From Bigelowiella natans CCMP2755 (lineage: Eukaryota > Protista > Cercozoa), in contig ADNK01002544.1 in the NCBI GenBank assembly GCA_000320545.1, positions 1-64,000 of the forward strand: a stretch of DNA of 64,000 nucleotides. The letters run 5' to 3'. Below are positions 56,217 to 64,000 of the stretch, piece after piece (position 1 is the first letter of the stretch; every line of letters begins with the position of its first letter). A program made the translations under genes and the position numbers. The notes under the pieces were generated by a model that saw nothing but the letters and a program-made list of their open reading frames with translations, was not told the origin of the DNA and made no database searches.

Positions 56217-57250
56217 TTACCACTGCTTTGATCCTTCACATCTACTTTTAATTGTTTCATGTGAAGTACTACTCCTATCATATTTTTTACGTTCTCAATA
56301 TCATATTTTCTTTTCGATGACTCATTTCTTCTGTATTTCATCTTGATGATGTTGTCCAAGGCCACCGTCTTTACAAGGATATGCTGTTTAAAAGAAGTGA
56401 ATTTGCCAAAACTTCTTCAAGCACCTCGGTCTTTGTCTTCGAGATTCTTCCCAAAAATGTGGAGTTGAAGAAGGAGAAGGAAGATGGTGGTAGTAGCAGT
56501 GCCTATCAAGAGGACCGAATCATTTTTTTTGAGGAAACAAAGGCAGCAAGAGACGCATGGGTAATAACAGCAATTCAAAGCAATCGGTTGGTTTGCAACA
56601 ACAGTCTGCTTCGAAATAGCATTGCTTTGTTCGTGTCAAATGCCACTTACCAACATTGTCATCATTGTTGTTGTCGTGATTCTCATCATTATCATCATCA
56701 TCATCATCATCATCATCATCTTGTTTATCGTTGTTGATATCACTCACATGCGTGTCTTCATCAAAGGTGAATCGTTTATTACAAGCCGGGGTTGTGGAGA
56801 TTTCCCAGTCAGAAGGGCTAAGAAGACGACAAGCAAAACGAAGAGGGGGAGGACAAAAGAATAAGCGTTGGAGTTTACGCTATTCCATTTTCAAGCCGAA
56901 GAAAGGAACGATTATTCTCGATGATGATGATGAAGAAGAAGAAGAAGTACAAGTAGAAGTAGAGGACAAAGGTGGGTGTCACAGTAGTAGAAGTTAGGTA
57001 TGATTATAAGTAGTTTTAGGTAGTAGTTTTAGGTAGTAGTAGTAGTAGTAGTAGAAATAGCAACTGAATAGGAAGATGAATGACATTGCTGCATACTTAT
57101 TTACTTCCTGGCGGCTAGTGAGTTTGTCCATGTTTTGGTATATATTCTGACTTATCTTCTTCAGATGTAAACAAGAAGAAGGACGGTTTAGAAGCACAAA
57201 GTAGAGCTAATGTCCTATTTGGTGGATTGGATCAGCAGATGGGAGTGTAA
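54210..57250 (+). CDS. Rho guanine-nucleotide exchange factor DH + PH domains (3' part of a multi-exon gene)
   Basis: EIRQSESTYVESL...LFNNIEEILNLH...VYSRYTNGY (54210-54528), LMAYLIMPVQRIPRYALLFKE (54848-55003), LLKST, IEEIATVINEKKR, then a PH-like FVFEIL...FFEETKAARDAW. Last exon ends QQMGV* at 57250. Confidence 0.92.
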
Positions 57251-58688
57251 TACGACGATGTTCTTCCATCACTGTGTTGTCTGTTAGTGACATTACAAAG
57301 ATACTTTGTGAAGTGTAACTGATATAAACGAGCTATAATTATGTTAATGGTGTGTTTTCTTTCCTTCCTCATGTGTTCATCATGTGAATAATGTCAGGAT
57401 GCACATCAAAATCTAAGAAGGAGCATCAGCGCAAGAAGAAGGCATCAGGAATAATGTATATAGCAAGGGGACAACTTGATGACCAAAATGACGGTATTAG
57501 CCATTTTGAATGAGTTTCATTGCACTAATAACATAGTAATATTCTCGTCGACGTCGGCCGAATGCCATGCATGTAGTGATCGCAGCGGGAAGAACTTTAT
57601 GCTGTATATATGCGCAACGTTTGTATGACTTCAATGCTAGAATGCTGCCAAATGGTCTAGTAGTGAATAACACGCGTGTAGCTAGCTCAATGGCCACGTC
57701 AAGATGCATGCTCTAATGAGTATGTCTAGATGTCTAGGACTGAATAGCCGCAATGGTGCCCAAACTCATTACCTACGGTTGTACGCGGTATGCGTGCTAT
57801 AATAAATACAACGCATGCATCGTGTGACAATCGCTGTCATTACAACCGCCAATAAAACGTGGGTAATCTTAGACCCGGCTAGCTGGCGGCTAACTTTTCT
57901 AGCTAACTAGATGTGCACACAATCTAGCAACATGCACAGCTGAAAATTATCACTATAAGATCACTAGCTAGCTAGATCACAAAAAAATGCAAAGTCGTCA
58001 TTCACGCATGCGATTTTTTGGGGGCGCTAAGTAAATTGTGAACATTTGCCTTCTCTAGTACGTCCTCTGGCATCATTGCGGTGTGAGTCTGTTTTTGTGC
58101 ATTTCACGGCACATTTGGCCTAGCAGCGCGCAGACTAGCAGCTGACGAGCTAGCGAGGGCGATCAGCACATGCATTGCACGCACTAGTGCATGACATTGC
58201 ATGTCTGTGCATGCTTGCCTCTTTTTCTGCGTTGGTTAGTAGCTTTGTTTCATCGTTTCGATTCACAATGGCGTTCAATTGATTGCGAAATCTGCGTGAG
58301 CTGTGGGTGTTCGCATGCCAGCATGTCTCGCATTGCGCAGGAGATGATCCATGCCAGCATGTCTTTCACGACACCACACAGATCATGTGAAATGATGGAC
58401 ACACATGCACATGCAACTGTCACATTTTGACCAGAATTTGTCCATTTTGCGCACGCAAATTCTGCACAAACATTGTCTGTGCGCGGGCAACATGACGCGA
58501 ACGAAGCAACAGCATGCAGCAGCATCGCAGCAGAGCCAACTGATGCACGCAAATGTGACTTGCAAGGCTGCAGGAGGCACATCAGAAGGCATTTTTGATG
58601 GGTCATTTGGAGCGATTTCAAGCACCTCGCATGCATGCTAGCAGCGCCTCACGGGCACCAAAATCATTTTGCGAGCTCACAATGACCT

Positions 58689-59118
58689 CACAAGTCCGTC
58701 AAACCTGCAACGAATCGCCAGAATGTGCATTTGGAAGCTTTTGCGCGCGACCAAGCGCGTCACAATGTGATGCGACAGAGATTGGATTTGCTCGCATTTC
58801 TTTGAAATTTTTCGTGCATGTCACATTTGGTCACACGCACACGCAAAAACATTCAAAATGTGGCAGAGAACAAACGCGCAGCGTGCATCCGCTACACAAC
58901 GGGTGTGGCTTTTCACACTTTGCGCGCTCACTGAGGCCTTGAAAATGGACATTTTGGTCAACATTTCGGTCATTTTTTGAGGTTTGGCCATCGGACAAGT
59001 TCTGATGACTTTTCTTTGACTGACTGCAACTGCCTGCTAGCCTGCATGCTGCTTCAAAGCGCGTCGCAAGCGCTGCACTGTTCACAACCCCGTCGTTGCC
59101 GGGTTTGACGGACTTGTG
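58689..59118. mobile_element. ~430-bp MITE-like element with ~26-bp TIRs
   Basis: CACAAGTCCGTCAAACC-TGCAACGA (58689-58713) matches the reverse complement of 59093-59118 (CACAAGTCCGTCAAACCCGGCAACGA). The right end is partly duplicated at 59119-59131. Confidence 0.75.
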
Positions 59119-59131
59119 TGACGGACTTGTG

Positions 59132-59218
59132 CATGTGTTTCATTCATGCATTTGAAGGCTAGAAGGCATCCACATCCGGTTGTCGATGTCATGCAATGAG
59201 CGGCAGCAGTTCTTGATT
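59132..59218 (-). mobile_element. Inverted 3' fragment of the LINE family
   Basis: The reverse complement reads CAAGAACTGCTGCCGC...GACATCGACAACCGGATGTGGATGCCTTC...AAATGCATGAA, matching ~3428-3495. Confidence 0.75.
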
Positions 59219-59257
59219 GTGGACACAGTAATAGCACATGCATTATGTGCATGATCG

Positions 59258-59301
<44 letters not shown>

Positions 59302-59346
59302 CAAACGGACTCATGGCCGCGCACAAGTGAAACATTGCCCACCGTG

Positions 59347-60776
59347 ATGATCACGCGCAGCGCGCGTGGCAACAACAAGCACCAGACACCCAAAAAGGGA
59401 AGAAAGCACAAAAAGAACCAACACGCAACGTTGGATCTCGATTCAGAATGCAATGATGACGACTGTGGCTCTGACAGGAAAAGTCATGATCTGTCTCAAT
59501 GCCTTCGCGAAGTTACTTCAACACTGTCTGCAACAATGGAACGCAAAGAAACTCCTCAGTGGAACACAATGAAAAAATTGTGTGAAATGCTGACCACAAT
59601 GGTCCAGTTAGTTGATGAGAAACAACAACAATTGCAGCAAGATCAAAAAGACATGCAGGAGGAAAACGCTGGGCTTGAAAACAAATTGCTGAAACTTGAA
59701 GAAGAACTGACTTGCATCAAGGAACATCAGAAGAATGGCACAATGGAAGCTCAACCCTCCTCGATGCAACGGACCTCGAGAACTTGCGCTAGTGTCACAA
59801 CCTCATCACGCGCTGATGAACCTCATGGTCGAGATGAATGTCCTGAAGCAGAAGTACAAAGACTAGCTGAGCGAAAGAATGGCCAGAGTTGGCAAGTTCC
59901 AAAAAGTCACGCCAGGAATCAAAGGAAATGCAACCGGAAGTATGAACAGAACGTGCTCATGTTGGAACTTGACAAAAAAGCCATGCTGCAAGCGGGGGGC
60001 GCCATTGTGGCCTCCGGCGACCCATGTCGCACTGTTCTCACTGGCAAAAAAAACATGCCAACGAACCAACAAGTGAGGAAACAAACACAGCAGATCCGAG
60101 GGATGAAAACCGCGACACACTGACAGAAGTTAACACCGAGGAAGAAGAGACTAAATGCCTAGCCGGAAAGAACGTAGAGGATTTGAACCCATCCAGTGAA
60201 AAAAAAGATGTTCCAGATATTGGGAAAAACCTGTCCAAAATAACTCCAAAGTTGATCGATGCACTAGGATTGAACGAATTCCAAATGCACGTAGCTTTCC
60301 AAGCGAAATATGGGAAGGACTTTCAAGGAATCCAATTCAAATCTAGGAATAAAACCCACCTAAAAGTGTTCTTCAAAGGCTCCAGAGAATCTAAGATGGA
60401 TGCTTACCTGGATCTGCTTAACACCGAACATCAGTTAGGACAAGGATCATTCCTTCCCTCACTCTTTGGATTAGTGACCACAGTCAGAGCAGCTAAGTCA
60501 AGGCCAAGTAAGCACTCTGTAGTTCTGAGAGGCCCAAGGCTGGGACCTAACGAGCAGGAAAAATCAACACGAATTGGAATCATCAAGCAGATAATCGAAA
60601 CCAACATCGATGTAAAAGTCGCAGCAATAGAACCTCTCGGCAAGGGCCCTCTACTTCAGCTGTTTGTGCACTCGCATGAAGAGGCCACCAAACTGCTGAA
60701 TTCACAAATCACATATCAGGGCAGCTACCTACGATTCAGGGCATATGAAAACAGAAGGACACGTAAATATGGTTAA
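59347..60776 (+). pseudogene. LINE ORF1 (coiled-coil nucleic-acid chaperone) with one frameshift
   Basis: Starts MITRSAR and has a Q/E/L-rich coiled coil. ORF 59245-60123 shifts to ORF 60024-60776, probably at the A run near 60046-60053. Confidence 0.75.
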
Positions 60777-63700
60777 TCATTTGAATCTCCCCTACTACTA
60801 CCAAAACATACGCAGTAAAAACGGAACTGAACAAGGCAGGCAAAGAATAAATAGAAGATATAATATGTTAAAAGAAATGATAACCACCAACAACATCGAA
60901 CTCGCCTGGTTTGGGGAAGGCCGCCTCAAAGAATCGGAGAGGCTGCATCCTCCAGCGGGATACGAAGTGATTCGGACGAGCGGCTCCTCTGGGAGCTTTG
61001 GATTAAGAAAAAAGAACACAGATATAATTCATATACCTATAGATGATAACAATTACGATATTAGTTTTTTCATACACAGCATTGAAAAATATGCTGTCAT
61101 AATGGTGTACCTCCAGCCACACCAAAACATCTCACATCTGAAAGAGAGATTAGATTTCATAATGAACATCATTCGGAAACAGAAATGGAAAAAATACATC
61201 ATCGTGGGGGACACTAATGCTAAACACTCCACCTACGATGTCCGAAACCAAGAAGATAGACGTGGCAGATACCTACACCAGTGGTTGTCGGATAACAACA
61301 TCATGATGGTCAACCCTGGGGAAGCCACATATTTCAGAAAAGGAAACACAAGCACACTTGATCATGTGCTGTGCTCCTCAAACTTCGCACACCAAATAGA
61401 ATATCAGATGGCCAACACCACGACAAGTGACCATTTCGGTATCCACTTTGGAAAACCTGTGGCAATCCATCAACAGACTTCACCAATGATATATGACATC
61501 GACAAATTCGATGTAAAACGATTTGACGAAAAATTGAATAATATTACCGAACGCTTGCACCAGCGCATACTAAACGTTCAATCGGAGGCTGATGCAAAAA
61601 AGCTTGAACGCTGGTTCTGGGACTTTACCGGAAAAGCTTTTAATAGCTGCACACCAAAAAAACGACAACGTTGGAGTCCAATCAAGCCATACCAAAACGA
61701 CAAAAAATATAAATCCATCAAAGATCAACAAGAAAAATTATTTAGATCCTTGAAACACGAAAGGAAATTTCGGAAGAGAAAATTATTAGAAACCAAGATC
61801 CAAGAAATCAACACCGAACTTGAACGAACCACCGAAACCCTTCAGTACGAAGCATGGCAATTATTCTTGTCTCGCTTCGAAAAATACAACAATGGGAATC
61901 ATACCAGAATGCTGTACAAATTATTCCAAAAATCCAGAGGGCGGGATAAATTCGGAGGACTCGATGGCGAAACCTCTGAAGAAAAAAAATGTGAAGTGTG
62001 TGTTGCCAAATGGAAACATATCTACAAACCACACCCGTCAGACAAGAAAAATCGAACCTTTCACGCTGAAACTGAGGCCTGGAGAAATACCTTCAGGAAA
62101 AATGAAGACAAAAAGATCCACAGTGTTAATTCACACAACAGAGATTTTTCCATGCATGAACTAAGAAACGTGATCAACAAAGCATCACCGTACAAGTCTC
62201 CTGGCGATGATGGTGTTCACCTAAACATGTTGAAAAAAAGCAAGAAACTCCATCAACTGTGGTTAGCTACATTCAACACGTCATGTAGATGGGGTACCCG
62301 AGATGGCTCACGCAAGGCGGCCATTTTTTGTCTCATCCCTAAGGCCAACAAAGAACTTGACACCCCTCTCAACGGGAGAACGATTTCTCTCCTACAAATA
62401 GCTTCAAAAATGGAAGACAAACTAATAGAACAACGGCTCCGCGAAGCTATACCCCCCAAAAACATCAGCACACATCAGCATGCATTCATGAAAAATCGAT
62501 CCTGCGAAACTGCACTCACAAAGATGACGCAGTCAATCGAGGATGGAGTGTGTGACAAAAAGCTTGCAGCCATCCTGTTGTTTACAGATGCCTCTAAAGC
62601 TCATCCAAAAGCCTGGCATTCCGGCATGATGCGCAAGTTACATGACAAACACGGAACACGAGGCTCGCTATTGCTGTGGATCGACGACTGGCTCAGAGAT
62701 CGTACCGCCAGATTCAGATTTGGCAATGCTCTCTCTGAGCACATGAACCTTGGGAGCGGCGTCCCCGAAGGATCATCTCTCAGCTGTTTCCTGTTCACAA
62801 CCCATTGCGACATTTACGAACATGTTGCCAACACAGATTTCCAAATGTGCTGTGACGACGTTGCCCCCCACAAATTGTTTTCGCCAAACCGATGGGGGAA
62901 AATGCAAGATGATGTCCAGGCCGACCTAAACCAAATGACGGACTGGTGCATGAAATGGCGGATGCGATTCAATGGGGACAAGAGCGGGTGCCTTGCAATT
63001 GACAAAAGAAACAAAGCCCACCGACACCAAACCTCCTGGAACATCTCTCTCAATCTCCAAGGAAAAATGAAAAGAGTCGACAGCGGCAGATGTCTCGGAC
63101 TGATCTTCGACAACAAATTGACCTTTGAAAAACATGCTCTTGCTTCTCACCTGAGATTGCAAAAGAAGCGAAGGTTTTTGTCAAGGTTGTGTTGTTCCAG
63201 ACACCTTGCACCGCTAAACGTCAGACTGAAATTTTGCAAATCATGGTTCCTTGCATCCAGCAGATGCGCTGCTCCAATGTGGAGATCACGAAGAAACACA
63301 CGAATGAAACAGATGGATTCCATGGAATCCCAAACCCTGAAACGCACATTGGGATCACCTGGATCCATCTCCAACGACGTCCCCCACGTCCTCACTGGCA
63401 CGTTGCCACCCCGATGTCAAACTGAAGTGCAGTGTGCTGAATCATGGTTGCGCACCAACGCATGGATCGACACAGGCAGCGGTCCTCAAATCCATGAGGG
63501 AACAAATGATTGGAGCAGTTGTGGCTTCATCATTGAAAATCGAAAAATGTTGGATGGCACATCGTGGATTGATGTGGCCACACACACGTGGAACAAAGCA
63601 TCCTTGTTTCGACGGCTCAAATCGATCACTGACGACTTGTTAGGTGACGAATTGCCCACCGTTTTGGCGACAACAGAGGCGCTGAAAAAAGAACTGAAAA

Positions 63701-64000
63701 AACATCACAAGGTGATGAAATCTTGTGCTTTCAACGAATTCGAAGAGGAATGGTCCAATGATTCATTGCGCGCTGTGCATCTCAAGAATCTTGGTTTCCT
63801 CCCGTCATCTTCGATCACCGGCATCAAACTGAAACTTCCAAGTGTTGCTACATCGTGGATGCGCGCCATCTGTGGTGTCGGCAATCTTGGCAAATTCATG
63901 CTGTCACGTGGACAATGCACAGAGGAAGATGCCACGTGCGATGCATGTGGCATCCTGAAGGACATGGATCATCTCCTGCAATGTCCAATGCATGGTCGAG
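60769..64000 (+). CDS. LINE ORF2: APE endonuclease + reverse transcriptase + CCHC knuckle; open to the window end but RT motif mutated
   Basis: Absent from the supplied ORF track, probably because it has no stop in the window. Manual translation from ATG 60769 (overlapping the ORF1 stop) is uninterrupted: YYQNIRS, IVGDTNAKH, TLDHVLCS, SDHFGI (APE); KSPGDDG, DASKAH, GVPEGS, CCDD, RCLGLIFD (RT); CDACG..DMDHLLQC. Confidence 0.95.
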   Translation, partial: MVNHLNLPYYYQNIRSKNGTEQGRQRINRRYNMLKEMITTNNIELAWFGEGRLKESERLHPPAGYEVIRTSGSSGSFGLRKKNTDIIHIPIDDNNYDISFFIHSIEKYAVIMVYLQPHQNISHLKERLDFIMNIIRKQKWKKYIIVGDTNAKHSTYDVRNQEDRRGRYLHQWLSDNNIMMVNPGEATYFRKGNTSTLDHVLCSSNFAHQIEYQMANTTTSDHFGIHFGKPVAIHQQTSPMIYDIDKFDVKRFDEKLNNITERLHQRILNVQSEADAKKLERWFWDFTGKAFNSCTPKKRQRWSPIKPYQNDKKYKSIKDQQEKLFRSLKHERKFRKRKLLETKIQEINTELERTTETLQYEAWQLFLSRFEKYNNGNHTRMLYKLFQKSRGRDKFGGLDGETSEEKKCEVCVAKWKHIYKPHPSDKKNRTFHAETEAWRNTFRKNEDKKIHSVNSHNRDFSMHELRNVINKASPYKSPGDDGVHLNMLKKSKKLHQLWLATFNTSCRWGTRDGSRKAAIFCLIPKANKELDTPLNGRTISLLQIASKMEDKLIEQRLREAIPPKNISTHQHAFMKNRSCETALTKMTQSIEDGVCDKKLAAILLFTDASKAHPKAWHSGMMRKLHDKHGTRGSLLLWIDDWLRDRTARFRFGNALSEHMNLGSGVPEGSSLSCFLFTTHCDIYEHVANTDFQMCCDDVAPHKLFSPNRWGKMQDDVQADLNQMTDWCMKWRMRFNGDKSGCLAIDKRNKAHRHQTSWNISLNLQGKMKRVDSGRCLGLIFDNKLTFEKHALASHLRLQKKRRFLSRLCCSRHLAPLNVRLKFCKSWFLASSRCAAPMWRSRRNTRMKQMDSMESQTLKRTLGSPGSISNDVPHVLTGTLPPRCQTEVQCAESWLRTNAWIDTGSGPQIHEGTNDWSSCGFIIENRKMLDGTSWIDVATHTWNKASLFRRLKSITDDLLGDELPTVLATTEALKKELKKHHKVMKSCAFNEFEEEWSNDSLRAVHLKNLGFLPSSSITGIKLKLPSVATSWMRAICGVGNLGKFMLSRGQCTEEDATCDACGILKDMDHLLQCPMHGR

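Larger units (their letters stand above)
59300..64000 (+). mobile_element. Near full-length LINE copy B (ORF1 + APE-RT-CCHC ORF2); runs off the window end
   Basis: Follows a ~40-nt A run. Two-ORF layout. The 3' 2 kb is collinear with copy A. Confidence 0.95.

Noticed and set aside
57872-57895. Short inverted similarity to 17544-17564 (CCGGCTAGC core) suggesting a 40-kb giant element
   Set aside because: The match is short, imperfect and centred on a CTAG word enriched for other reasons, and the intervening genes look like ordinary host genes.
59258-59299. Poly-Lys N-terminus of ORF 59245-60123
   Set aside because: An A homopolymer upstream of the likely ORF1 start (59347); probably an insertion site or the tail of another element.

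Overview
Eukaryotic nuclear DNA from an intron-rich, microsatellite-rich genome, probably a protist; the lineage cannot be fixed from this window. Host genes recognised by manual exon reading: a large EF-hand + TerD-domain protein ending in a CaaX box (minus, ~4.2-11.2 kb); a MAPR/cytochrome-b5-like heme/steroid-binding protein (minus, ~18.7-21.3 kb); an NHL-repeat protein (plus, ~21.6-31.3 kb); a very large mucin-stalk multi-pass membrane protein (minus, ~32.9-45.3 kb); and a multi-pass membrane region apparently spliced to a DH-PH RhoGEF (plus, ~46.2-57.3 kb). Three transposon blocks (~1-3.6 kb, ~12.8-18 kb, ~57.9-64 kb) hold two copies and two fragments of one LINE family, a PIF/Harbinger-like DDE transposase and TIR-bounded elements. 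The standout signal is that these TE blocks are almost completely purged of the dinucleotide TpA (none found by eye in 1255-3469 or 12950-14112). Aligning the LINE copies shows the same ancestral TA becoming TG in one copy and CA in the other, for example RT motif YCDD to HCDD and CCDD. This points to a repeat-targeted, two-strand A-to-G hypermutation at TpA, the mirror image of fungal RIP. It fades into flanking DNA, tends to spare CTAG, and leaves host genes untouched. Exon boundaries and dinucleotide counts were read manually and need computational confirmation.
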